Assembly (NCBI GenBank): GCA_965223845.1
Contig: CBDCXR010000004.1
Span: 2,592,001-2,656,000, forward strand
DNA: 64,000 nt
Source of the DNA: Planctomycetota bacterium
Lineage (GTDB): Bacteria; Planctomycetota; UBA8108; SXIK01
Direction: 5' to 3'
A model generated the notes under the pieces. The model saw nothing but the letters and a program-made list of their open reading frames with translations. It made no database searches and was not told where the DNA came from. The translations under genes were made by a program, and so were the position numbers. Position 1 is the stretch's first letter. Every line of letters begins with the position of its first letter. Of the stretch, positions 26,395 through 35,650 are shown piece after piece.

Positions 26395-26898
26395 ATGGAA
26401 GTGCTTCTCAATAGTCCTCTGTTTTGCGTGCTCGTCATCGTTTGCGGACTGGCGTGCCTCTTCCTCGAGCTCTTTATCCCCTCGGGAGGAATTCTCGGCA
26501 TCGTCGGCTGCGCCGGCGCGGTGATCGGGATCTACGGGTTCTTTCACCAGGGCCTCATCCTCGTCGGCGTCGGTGCGATCGCCGCCACGGTGGTGTTCGT
26601 CGTCTTCGCCGTGAAGTTTTGGCTCGGGAGAGTGTCCTTCAAAGCGGCCTTGACTCCCGAGACATCGACTGGAGCCGATCTTTCGAAAAGCGAGCACCTC
26701 GGGAAGCGAGGAGTCGCACAGACTCAGCTTCGCCCGGCGGGGACGGCTCTGATCAACGGTCGCAAAGTGGATGTAGTCAGCCGGGGAAGCTTCATCCCGC
26801 AGGGGACTCCGATCGAAGTCATCGACGTCTCCGGGAACCGCGTCGTCGTACGCGCAGCGGAGGATGCGGCTGAAACTGAGGCGGACGTCGCCTCTTGA
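26395..26898 (+). CDS. Short NfeD family protein
   Basis: LELFIPSGGILG, three TM helices, GVAQTQLRPAG...VDVVSRGSFI. Confidence 0.9.
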   Translation: MEVLLNSPLFCVLVIVCGLACLFLELFIPSGGILGIVGCAGAVIGIYGFFHQGLILVGVGAIAATVVFVVFAVKFWLGRVSFKAALTPETSTGADLSKSEHLGKRGVAQTQLRPAGTALINGRKVDVVSRGSFIPQGTPIEVIDVSGNRVVVRAAEDAAETEADVAS

Positions 26899-26976
26899 GC
26901 GAAAACAGACCAACGAGAATTCGAACTCGCCGCGGCCGACGACTGCCGCCGGGGATTCGCCAACAAGGAGTGAAAC

Positions 26977-28056
26977 ATGACTGAGACGTGGGAAACGATG
27001 CTGTCCGGAGTCGGTGTGCTCGGACAGGTCGAGTTCGGCGACATTCTGCAGTGGATCGGTCTCGGCCTGCTCGCGATCTTCATCGTCGTCGCGATCTTCT
27101 TCATTCTCGCGTTCGGGAAGCTGTGGATTCAGGCCTATTCGTCGGGCTGCCCGATCTCGGTCTCGCAGTTCGTCGGGATGTTCTTTCGGAAGGTGAACCC
27201 GCAGGTCATCACCGACGTGCTCGTCATGAGCACGAAAGCGGGCGTCCCGGTTGACCTGGATAAGCTGCAGTCACACGTCCTCGCGCGCGGAAACGTCCGC
27301 CAAGTCGTCCAGGCGCTCGTCGCTGCGTCGCGCGCGAATATCGATCTCTCGTTCGAGCGCGCCGCGGCGATCGACCTCGCCGGGCGCGACGTTCTCGACG
27401 CGGTCCGGACCAGCGTCCACCCGAAGGTGATCGATTGTCCGAGCCCGGGGCGCGGCCGGAACACGATGGACGCCGTCGCAAAGGACGGAATCCAGCTCAA
27501 GTGCCGCGCTCGCGTCACGGTGCGTACGAACCTGAGCACTCTCGTCGGTGGTGCGACCGAGGAAACCGTCATCGCGCGCGTCGGTGAGGGAATCGTCGCC
27601 GCGATCGGTCAGGCGGAGACCCACAAGGATGTCCTCGCCAATCCGCGCAAGATCTCGCAGGAAGTGCTCGACGCGGGCCTCGACGCGCAAACCGCCTACG
27701 AAATCGTGTCGATCGACATCGCCGACGTCGACGTCGGGGACAACATCGGGGCGCGCCTCCTCGTCGACAAGGCGGAAGCGGAGAAGAAGCGAGCGCAGGC
27801 CGAAGCCGAAGCGCGCCGCGCCATGGCCGTCGCGGAAGCCCAGGAGATGGAAGCGCGAACGATCGAGAACCGCGCGCTGGTGATCCTCGCCGAAGCGGAG
27901 GTGCCGAAGGCGATCGCGAAGGCGTTCGAGAGTGGGAATCTCGGCGTCATGGATTACTACAACCTCCGAAATCTGCAGGCCGACACGAAGATGCGCGGGG
28001 AACTCGCGCGCAGTATGGAACCCGAGGACGAGGAAGGTGCGGCGGGCCCGGAATGA
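26977..28056 (+). CDS. floA: Flotillin-like protein FloA (YqfA family)
   Basis: [66 protein letters not shown]; AAGGAG RBS. Confidence 0.95.
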   Translation: MTETWETMLSGVGVLGQVEFGDILQWIGLGLLAIFIVVAIFFILAFGKLWIQAYSSGCPISVSQFVGMFFRKVNPQVITDVLVMSTKAGVPVDLDKLQSHVLARGNVRQVVQALVAASRANIDLSFERAAAIDLAGRDVLDAVRTSVHPKVIDCPSPGRGRNTMDAVAKDGIQLKCRARVTVRTNLSTLVGGATEETVIARVGEGIVAAIGQAETHKDVLANPRKISQEVLDAGLDAQTAYEIVSIDIADVDVGDNIGARLLVDKAEAEKKRAQAEAEARRAMAVAEAQEMEARTIENRALVILAEAEVPKAIAKAFESGNLGVMDYYNLRNLQADTKMRGELARSMEPEDEEGAAGPE

Positions 28057-28108
28057 TGGTTTCCACGACGAGCGTGCCGATCGTCCCAGCGTCTCCTGAG
28101 AGCCACCT

Positions 28109-28804
28109 ATGACGTTCCTCGCCCAAGCTTTCGACGATCCGCGGAATTGGATTCAGATCGTCATTTTCGCGATCATCATCCTCGGTTGGATCGTCCGAGC
28201 CATCGTTTCCGCCGCGCGCGGGCGCGGTGGAGCGCGAGGCGCGGAGGGCGGCCCGCGGAAGGGTCTTCGCGACTTTCTCGAAGAGGTTCGCAAGGCCGCC
28301 GAGGAAGAGTCTCAGCGAAAGATCGCGCCCAAGGAGCCGGCGCCCGAGGAAGCTCCCCGGCCCGTCGCGACGAGTCCCGCCGACGAGCGACTCGCCGAGC
28401 GTCGGCGGGCATCGGAAGCCCGACGGCGGGCTCTAGCCGAGCGCCGCGCGCGCGTCGAGGCCGAACGCGCGGAGCGGGAGGCGGCCGAACGCGAGGCGGC
28501 GATGGCGGAGCAGCGTGACCCCGACGGCGAGTGGTCGACCGTCGCCGACCGAAAGCTCGAGTCCTCCGTCGCGGGTCGATCCCTCCACTCGACTCTCGAG
28601 CAGCGAGAGCTAGCGAGCCAGCTCGAGCAGCGAACGATCGTTCGCGCGATCGGGCATTTCCGAAGCGCCTCGAAAAAGGCGTCGGGCCGTCCGCGCCGCG
28701 CGCTCGTCGGCGGCCTCGCCGGATTGACCATGCGCGAGCTGATTCTCGCGCAAACAATTCTCGGCCCCCCGCGTTGCCAGCGCGAAGGCCACCGCGAGAT
28801 GTAA
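28109..28804 (+). CDS. Membrane-anchored hypothetical protein (YqfB-like position downstream of floA)
   Basis: N-terminal TM, charged coiled coil, C-terminal LILAQTILGPP motif. Confidence 0.75.
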   Translation: MTFLAQAFDDPRNWIQIVIFAIIILGWIVRAIVSAARGRGGARGAEGGPRKGLRDFLEEVRKAAEEESQRKIAPKEPAPEEAPRPVATSPADERLAERRRASEARRRALAERRARVEAERAEREAAEREAAMAEQRDPDGEWSTVADRKLESSVAGRSLHSTLEQRELASQLEQRTIVRAIGHFRSASKKASGRPRRALVGGLAGLTMRELILAQTILGPPRCQREGHREM

Positions 28805-28862
28805 GACGCGCCCGCCGGACGGCGATGCCGCCGCTCTTCGACGCCTGCTAAGACCACGGATC

Positions 28863-28946
28863 TGCCTCGGGTGGGAATCGAACCCACACTCCCGTAAGGG
28901 AACGAGATTTTGAATCTCGCGCGTCTGCCAATTCCGCCACCGAGGC
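28863..28946 (-). tRNA. tRNA-Leu(CAA)
   Basis: Reverse complement GCCTCGGTGGCGGAATTGGCAGACGCGCGAGATTCAAAATCTCG...GGTTCGATTCCCACCCGAGGCA; long variable arm, A73, CCA not encoded. TAGAAT -10 box at 28971-28976. Confidence 0.96.
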
Positions 28947-29278
28947 CGAGTGCGCGTCTGAAGGCCGCGCATTCTACCTGAACGCGCGGCCGGCGTGCGG
29001 CGAAACTAGCGTCTCCTCCGCTCGGCTCTCGGCGGCGTGCGCCTGAGCCGAAAGCCCGGACGATGGCTTCGCGTCGAAGCCCCCTCGCGCGAGTCTCGCG
29101 GGCTCCCGCGTGTCCGCTGTCGTCGAAGGGCGCGCCTCGTCGAATCCGTCCGTCGCTCTCCCCGTCAAACCGGAGATTCCGAGGGATTTGACATCGGCGG
29201 GCGCTGAGGTTCAGCCACCGTAAGCTACTATGTTGAAACTGCTTAAAGGATTGGTCGCGGAGTGCCTCGACATCGCTC

Positions 29279-29295
29279 ACTTTGCCGTGTAAAGT
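29279..29295. promoter_or_regulatory. Palindromic operator, copy 1 (ACTTTGCCGTGTAAAGT)
   Basis: AT-rich imperfect inverted repeat 60 nt upstream of the membrane protein/regulator genes; similar copy at 30499. Confidence 0.6.
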
Positions 29296-29354
29296 AACGT
29301 CCGTCGCACACGAGCCCCGCGCAGCCTGGGCCACGAAGGCCAGCAGAACGACCG

Positions 29355-30032
29355 ATGCAAATCGACGACGCGATCGATCAAATCTCCGAGATCCACCACC
29401 ACCTCGCGCGGACGGAAGTCTACCGCGGCTACCGCGCGCTTCCGATCGCGGCGACCGGCGTTCTCGCGCTCGCGGGAGGATTTGCTCAGCCGGCGATCTT
29501 GGGCGCGGTCGATCCCGCGGAGTTCGGGGGCGCGTTCGTCCTCTACTGGTCGTCGCTCGCGGTCGCGTGCGTCGCGCTCGCTAGCACGGGCATCATCGCG
29601 CGCTACCGTCGAGACTGCGCGCGCGGCCGGCGGCACGCGCGTCTCGTGATCGCGCAGTTCGTTCCGTCGCTCGCGGCCGGTGCGATCGCGACGGTCGCCG
29701 CCTCGGTCTGGCTGCACGAGCTTCGTGCTGGACTCCCCGGCGTCTGGTCGATCCTGTTTGCGCTCGGCGTTTTTTCGTCTCGCCCGTACCTCCCGCAAGC
29801 GACCGGCTGGGTCGGGCTGTTCTACTTCGCCGCGGGAGTGGCGCTTCTGTGGGCGTCGTCGCAGTTCGGCCCGGCCGGACCGCTGAGCCTCTCGCCGTGG
29901 GCGATGGGCTGGACGTTCGGGTTCGGCCAGCTCGCTGCGGCCGCAGTTCTCTACTGGAAAGTCGAGCGCCCCCAGCCGCAGGCGCGGGACGGATTTCGTG
30001 CCGTGGAGTCCAAAGCGGAGACATCGCGATGA
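29355..30032 (+). CDS. Integral membrane protein (about 6 TM), coupled to a wHTH regulator
   Basis: DAIDQISEIHHHLAR N-terminus followed by multiple hydrophobic helices; stop overlaps the next ATG. Confidence 0.8.
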   Translation: MQIDDAIDQISEIHHHLARTEVYRGYRALPIAATGVLALAGGFAQPAILGAVDPAEFGGAFVLYWSSLAVACVALASTGIIARYRRDCARGRRHARLVIAQFVPSLAAGAIATVAASVWLHELRAGLPGVWSILFALGVFSSRPYLPQATGWVGLFYFAAGVALLWASSQFGPAGPLSLSPWAMGWTFGFGQLAAAAVLYWKVERPQPQARDGFRAVESKAETSR

Positions 30033-30478
30033 CGTTGCGACGGACGAAGTCGAGCGCCGGTCAAGCGGATTCGTGCTCGAGTCCCGGCGAGCGAACGAGC
30101 GAGCGGCGCGCGAGCGACTCGGGTCGGTTCGCCTACGGTCTCGATCGACTCTTTCATGAGCGTGCGCGTCTCAGCATCCTCACGTCCCTCTACACCCACG
30201 CGCAGGGTCTCCTCTTCGGCGAGATCAAGACTCTGTGCTCGCTCACCGACGGCAACTTGAGCCGTCATCTCCAAACGCTCTCCGACGCGAACCTCGTCGA
30301 GCTGTGGAAGAACACCGACGGTCCGCGACCACAGACGCTCTGCCGGTTAAGCGGACAAGGTCGAAAGCGGTTCGGCGAGTACCTCCACACACTCGAGCGT
30401 GTCGTCCGCGATGCCGCAGAGACGACACCGGACGCGGAAACTCGAGAAACGCTGCCGCCCGGCTGGATTCCCGCCTGA
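30029..30478 (+). CDS. Winged-helix transcriptional regulator (ArsR/MarR-like, HTH_34 type)
   Basis: LDRLFHERARLSILTSL...LTDGNLSRHLQTL...GRKRFGEYLHTLE. Confidence 0.9.
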   Translation: MTLRRTKSSAGQADSCSSPGERTSERRASDSGRFAYGLDRLFHERARLSILTSLYTHAQGLLFGEIKTLCSLTDGNLSRHLQTLSDANLVELWKNTDGPRPQTLCRLSGQGRKRFGEYLHTLERVVRDAAETTPDAETRETLPPGWIPA

Positions 30479-30498
30479 GTCTCTTTTTTTGCCGCGGA

Positions 30499-30515
30499 GC
30501 TTTGCGATGCAAAGG
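30499..30515. promoter_or_regulatory. Palindromic operator, copy 2 (GCTTTGCGATGCAAAGG), overlapping the ispH start
   Basis: CTTTGC-N3-GCAAAG inverted repeat matching copy 1. Confidence 0.55.
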
Positions 30516-31409
30516 AACGACCACCCGTCCCGCCCGCTCACGATCGTTCGCTCGCGGGTCATGGGGATGTGCTTCGGGGTGCGCGAGGCCCTTCGCATCG
30601 CGGAACGAACCGCTCGCCCCGAAGACGTGACCATCCACGGGGAGCTCGTTCACAACGACGGCGTTCAGGCGGCGCTCGCGAGACGCGGTTTTCGGACGAC
30701 TCCCGAGTCCGGTGAACGCGCGGTGCCGGCGACGAAGCAAGTCCTCGTGACAGCTCACGGAATCAGTGAGCGCGAACGCGCACGCCTCTCACGTGCGGGA
30801 AAAGAGCTCGTCGATACCACCTGCCCGCTCGTACGCGTCGTCCACGCCGCCGCCCAGCGATTCGCCGCGGAGGGATGTTTCGTGGTCGTCATTGGGAAGC
30901 CCGGTCACGTCGAGGTGCGCGGGATCACCGAGGACCTCGCGGAGTTCGCCGTCGTGTCGACTCCGGCCGAGGTGCGTCGCTGGGACGCAGCGAAGATCGG
31001 TATCGTCTGCCAGTCGACGGCTCGTCCGTCCGAGAGCGCTCGCATCGCCGCGGAAATCCGTCGACTCCACCCGGAGAGCGATGTCCGTTTCGCGGACACG
31101 ATTTGCCAGCCGACGCGAGACCGGCAAGCTGCGATCGGAGAGCTACTCGAGCGAGTCGAGGCGGTCGTCGTCGTCGGGGGGCGGAACTCGAACAACACCC
31201 GAGCGCTCGCGCGAGAGGCCGAGCGACGCGGACGCCCTGCGCTCCACGTCACCGGCCCCGACGGAGTCGACGCCGATTGGCTCGCGCCGTTCACACGGGT
31301 GGGATTGACCGCGGGCACCTCAACGCCGGATGCCGTCATAGATTCGGTTCATGCGCGCATGAGATCGCTTCGGCCATGCGAAGAGCCGGGGCTCCCGGCG
31401 AGCGCTTGA
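30507..31409 (+). CDS. ispH: 4-hydroxy-3-methylbut-2-enyl diphosphate reductase
   Basis: Three Fe-S cysteines (GMCFGV, DTTCPLV, DTICQPT), ELVHN, TAHG, GHVEV, GGRNSNNT, TAGTSTP. Confidence 0.95.
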   Translation: MQRNDHPSRPLTIVRSRVMGMCFGVREALRIAERTARPEDVTIHGELVHNDGVQAALARRGFRTTPESGERAVPATKQVLVTAHGISERERARLSRAGKELVDTTCPLVRVVHAAAQRFAAEGCFVVVIGKPGHVEVRGITEDLAEFAVVSTPAEVRRWDAAKIGIVCQSTARPSESARIAAEIRRLHPESDVRFADTICQPTRDRQAAIGELLERVEAVVVVGGRNSNNTRALAREAERRGRPALHVTGPDGVDADWLAPFTRVGLTAGTSTPDAVIDSVHARMRSLRPCEEPGLPASA

Positions 31410-31606
31410 TCGACCGGCGGGGCGGTTGGGAATCGATCGGGAATCCGCGACGCAGCGGGGGTCCGAAAAGCCCGCTTTCCGGCGGAACCCGCCGCATCCG
31501 ATCGCCCGCTCTCGCTCTCCGGCCCGCGCTGCGTCCGTGGCGCGACTCTTCGCGCCGTCCTCGCGCCGAATTGGGGTACAATCGGGCGGTTTACAGAACT
31601 GTAGCC

Positions 31607-34018
31607 ATGCCCTCGTCCCTCTCGCCCCAAGAACCTCGACCGGCTCGCTCGATGTTCCCTCGCGCCCTCGTCGCGACGGCCACCGTCTGCGCGGTCGTTC
31701 TCGTCGATGTACGCGCCGATGATCGCGCTCCCCCGGCGTCGCCGGAGCGTTCACCCTCGGTACGGTTCGCGCACGATGTCCGTCCGATCCTTTCGAACAA
31801 CTGCTTTCAGTGTCATGGGCCGGACGAGAACGATCGGGCGGCGGGTCTTCGCCTCGATGTCGAGGAGGATGCGAAGCGCCGCCTGAAGAGCGGCGTGACG
31901 GCGATCGTGCCGGGAGACCCGGGCGCGAGCGCGATCCTGCGGCGCGTCGCGCATCCTTCGGCGGACGAACGGATGCCGCCGCCGGAGACTCAGAAACGAC
32001 TCTCGACGCGCGAGATCGAAATCCTGCGCGAGTGGATTCTCGCGGGCGCCCCCTGGGAGGGTCACTGGGCGTTTACCCCCCCGCGGCGTCCGCCCCTCCC
32101 CGCGATCCGCGTGCGCGACTGGCCGCGCGGTCCGATCGACACCTTTGTCCTCGCCCGACTCGAGGAGCGCGGACTCAGGCCGTCGCCCGAAGCCGACCGC
32201 TACACTCTCATTCGACGAGTCTCGCTCGACCTCACGGGGATCCTCCCCTCTCCGGAACGCGCCGCTAGGTTCGCGAGCGACAACGCGCCAGACGCGTACG
32301 AGCGTCTCGTCGACGAGCTCCTCGCGAGCGCGCACTACGGTGAGCGCTGGGGTAAGCACTGGCTCGATCAAGCGCGCTACGCGGACTCGAACGGATACTC
32401 TCACGACAGCCCTCGACGCGCGTGGCCCTACCGCGACTGGGTGATCGCCGCGGTGAACGCGGATCTCCCGTTCGACGAGTTCACGATCGAGCAGCTCGCC
32501 GGCGACTTGCTTCCCGATCCGTCCGTCGAGCAGCTCGTCGCGACGGGATTCCACCGCAACACGCTCATCAGCACCGAAGGGGGATCCGATCCCGAACAGT
32601 TCCGCGTCGAATCGGTCATCGATCGCGTGAACACGACCGGAGCCGTCTGGCTCGGTCTCACGCTCGGGTGTGCGCAGTGTCACTCGCACAAGTTCGATCC
32701 GATCGCCCAGCGCGAGTACTACGAGCTCTTCGCGTTCTTCAACAACACCGAAGACCGAAACCACGCGCGCCCGGAAATCCAGGTGCCGCTCCCCGGCTAC
32801 CGGGAACGGCGGGAGGCGATCGCCGTCGCGAAGGCTTCGCTCGCGACGCTCGGAGAGACGGCGACGCCGGGGACCGCCGACGAGGAGCGAGCTCGCCTAA
32901 CGAAGGCCATCGGCAAGCTCGAGGCCGAAGCGAAGAAGCTCAGGGTCGGCGCGATGGTGATGCGGGAGCGCAATGAGCTGCGGCCGACTCACCGCTTCGT
33001 CCGCGGCGACTTCCTCCGTCCGGCCGAACAGGTCGAGCCCGGAGTGCCGAAAGCGCTAGGCGCGCTCACCCCGGCGGACTCGCGCCCGACGCGACTCGAC
33101 CTAGCCCGCTGGCTCGTCTCCCGCGAGAATCCGCTCACCGCGCGCGTGATGGTCAATCGCGTTTGGATGCACTTCTTCGGCCGCGGAATCGTCGAGACGG
33201 AGAACGACTTCGGCACGCAGGGTACGCTGCCGACACATCCCGACCTGCTCGACTGGCTCGCCGTCGAGTGGGTGGAGCGCGGCTGGTCGATGAAGGAGCT
33301 CCACCGGTGGATCGTCACTTCGGCGACGTACCGGCAGTCCTCGCGCGCGCGACCCGAGCTCGATGCGGTCGACCGCCGCGGGATCTGGCTCGGACGGCAG
33401 CAGCGGCTCCGTGTCGACGCGGAGGTCGTCCGCGACATCGCGCTCTCGGCGAGCGGACTCCTCCACCGAGCTATGGGCGGCGCGCCGATCTATCCGCCGC
33501 AGCCCGACGGCGTGTACGCATTCACCCAGGTGAAGCATCCCTGGCCGACCACCCGCGGACAGGATCGATTCCGCCGCGGGCTCTACATTCAGTACTTTCG
33601 AAACACCCCGTACCCGCTTCTCTCGACGTTCGACGCACCGAACTTCAGCCAGACCTGTACGCGGCGCTTTCGATCGAATACGCCGCTCCAGTCGCTCACG
33701 CTCGCGAACGACGAAGCGCTCTTCGAAATCGCGCGGGCTCTCGCGGCTCGCGTCTCGGAGTCGAGCTCGGACCGCATCGAGGATCGGCTCGAGTTCCTCT
33801 TCCGTCGCGTCGTCGTCCGGCCTCCCACCGGCGACGAGCTCTCCGTACTCGCGCGGTTTTATGCGCTCCAGGTCGAGCGGTTCCGCGCGGACCCAAAGGG
33901 CGCCGAGGCAGCCGCGTCCGCAGCGCTCGCGGAGGCGCTCGGTGCAGCGGAGGCCGCCGCGTGGGTTGCGGTCGCGCGCGTGCTGCTCAATCTCGACGAA
34001 GCGATCACGCGAGAGTAG
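31607..34018 (+). CDS. Planctomycete cytochrome c (PSCyt1) + DUF1549 + DUF1553 protein
   Basis: VRPILSNNCFQCHGPD, RMPP, HWAF, YGERWGKHWLDQARYADSNG, CAQCHSHK, PTHPDLLDWLA, SNTPLQSL. Confidence 0.93.
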   Translation: MPSSLSPQEPRPARSMFPRALVATATVCAVVLVDVRADDRAPPASPERSPSVRFAHDVRPILSNNCFQCHGPDENDRAAGLRLDVEEDAKRRLKSGVTAIVPGDPGASAILRRVAHPSADERMPPPETQKRLSTREIEILREWILAGAPWEGHWAFTPPRRPPLPAIRVRDWPRGPIDTFVLARLEERGLRPSPEADRYTLIRRVSLDLTGILPSPERAARFASDNAPDAYERLVDELLASAHYGERWGKHWLDQARYADSNGYSHDSPRRAWPYRDWVIAAVNADLPFDEFTIEQLAGDLLPDPSVEQLVATGFHRNTLISTEGGSDPEQFRVESVIDRVNTTGAVWLGLTLGCAQCHSHKFDPIAQREYYELFAFFNNTEDRNHARPEIQVPLPGYRERREAIAVAKASLATLGETATPGTADEERARLTKAIGKLEAEAKKLRVGAMVMRERNELRPTHRFVRGDFLRPAEQVEPGVPKALGALTPADSRPTRLDLARWLVSRENPLTARVMVNRVWMHFFGRGIVETENDFGTQGTLPTHPDLLDWLAVEWVERGWSMKELHRWIVTSATYRQSSRARPELDAVDRRGIWLGRQQRLRVDAEVVRDIALSASGLLHRAMGGAPIYPPQPDGVYAFTQVKHPWPTTRGQDRFRRGLYIQYFRNTPYPLLSTFDAPNFSQTCTRRFRSNTPLQSLTLANDEALFEIARALAARVSESSSDRIEDRLEFLFRRVVVRPPTGDELSVLARFYALQVERFRADPKGAEAAASAALAEALGAAEAAAWVAVARVLLNLDEAITRE

Positions 34019-34032
34019 ATGAGCGATTCCTC

Positions 34033-35493
34033 ATGACGTCTCCACGGTCCGAATTTCAGCGCTTCGAGGATGACCAAGTCCTCGCCGACACGCGCCGCCA
34101 CTTCTTCCGCCGCTGCGGAGTCGGCGTCGGAACCATGGCCCTCACATCGCTCCTCGCGCGCGAAGGCGCACTTCGGGCCGACGACGAGTCGGCGAAGGGC
34201 GCGCAGGCCTTCCCCGGCTTCGCTCCGCGCGCCCGCCGCGTGATCTATCTCTTCATGGCGGGTGGTCCGAGTCAGCTCGAGCTCTTCGATCACAAGCCGG
34301 AGCTCACTCGCCTGAGCGGCGAAGCTCCCCCTGAGAGCTTCATGAAAGGGAAGCGCTTCGCGTTCATCAAGAAGGGCGCGCGGCTCCTCGGAGGACTCCG
34401 CACCTTCGGACGCTACGGCGAATCGGGAGCCGAGCTGAGCGATCTCTTGCCCCACCACCGAGCGATTGTCGACGACGTCTGTTTTGTGAAGGGGATGCAG
34501 ACCGACGTCTTCAACCACGGCCCGGCGAAGCTGTTCACGAACACGGGGGCCCCACAGCCCGGCCGCCCGAGCATGGGCTCGTGGGTGACCTACGGACTCG
34601 GAAGCGAATCGGACTCGCTTCCCGGATTCGTGGTGCTTCAGTCCGGACCGCGCGGGCCGCGGGCCGGCGCGTCGCTTTGGGCAAGCGGCTTTCTCCCGAC
34701 GACGTTTCAGGGCGTCCCGTTCCGATCGGTCGGATCGCCCATCCTCCATCTCGAGAGCCCGCCCGGCTTCGATCGACGGCGACAACGAGACTTCTTCGAT
34801 GCCGTCCACGCGCTCAACTCGAAGCGTCTCGCGGTGACCGGCGACCCGGAGATCGACACCCGCATCCGCGCCTACGAGATGGCCTACCGCATGCAGACGA
34901 GCGCACCCGAGCTCATGGACACGTCGGACGAGCCGAGGTCGGTGTTCGATCTCTACGGTCCCGACGCGGAGAAGCCTTCGTTCGCGCGGAATTGCATCTT
35001 GGCGCGTCGCCTCATCGAGCGCGGCGTGCGTTTCGTTCAGCTCTACCACACGAACTGGGATCACCACGGAGGGCCGGGCGAGCGGCTCGACACTGACCTC
35101 GAACGGACTGCCCATCAGGTCGACCAGGCCTCGGCGGCCCTCATCGTAGACCTCAAGAATCGCGGGCTCCTCGACGACACACTCGTGATTTGGGGCGGAG
35201 AGTTCGGCCGGACGCCGATGGGTGAAGTGCGGAAGACGACCGGCCGCGACCACCACATCGACGCGTATACGCTCTGGCTCGCGGGTGGCGGAATCCGTCC
35301 CGGAATCACCTACGGCGCCACCGACGCGCTCGGAATCGCACCCGTCGAAGGCCGCGTGCACGTCCACGATCTCCAGGCGACGGTTCTGCATCTTCTCGGC
35401 ATCGACCACAAACGCCTGACGTACCGGTTTCAGGGTCGGGATTTCCGACTCACGGACGTCCACGGCGAGGTGATCCAGTCGATTCTTGCGTAA
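34033..35493 (+). CDS. DUF1501 domain protein (Tat signal)
   Basis: TRRHFF, VIYLFMAGGPSQLELFDHKP, LARRLIERGVRFVQLY, WDHH, GEFGRTP, RLTDVHG. Confidence 0.93.
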   Translation: MTSPRSEFQRFEDDQVLADTRRHFFRRCGVGVGTMALTSLLAREGALRADDESAKGAQAFPGFAPRARRVIYLFMAGGPSQLELFDHKPELTRLSGEAPPESFMKGKRFAFIKKGARLLGGLRTFGRYGESGAELSDLLPHHRAIVDDVCFVKGMQTDVFNHGPAKLFTNTGAPQPGRPSMGSWVTYGLGSESDSLPGFVVLQSGPRGPRAGASLWASGFLPTTFQGVPFRSVGSPILHLESPPGFDRRRQRDFFDAVHALNSKRLAVTGDPEIDTRIRAYEMAYRMQTSAPELMDTSDEPRSVFDLYGPDAEKPSFARNCILARRLIERGVRFVQLYHTNWDHHGGPGERLDTDLERTAHQVDQASAALIVDLKNRGLLDDTLVIWGGEFGRTPMGEVRKTTGRDHHIDAYTLWLAGGGIRPGITYGATDALGIAPVEGRVHVHDLQATVLHLLGIDHKRLTYRFQGRDFRLTDVHGEVIQSILA

Positions 35494-35650
35494 CGTGCGA
35501 ATCCCCGAGCAATCGTTGTCCCGCGGGGTTTGGGTCCGTACGATTCGCGGCTTCGTGGGATAGACTGGGACGAGGAGCGGGGCTGGACGATTTTCCGCCG
35601 GTGGATCGACCCCGGGTCGATCCGTCCGCGGGGCACATCGAGGAACATTC

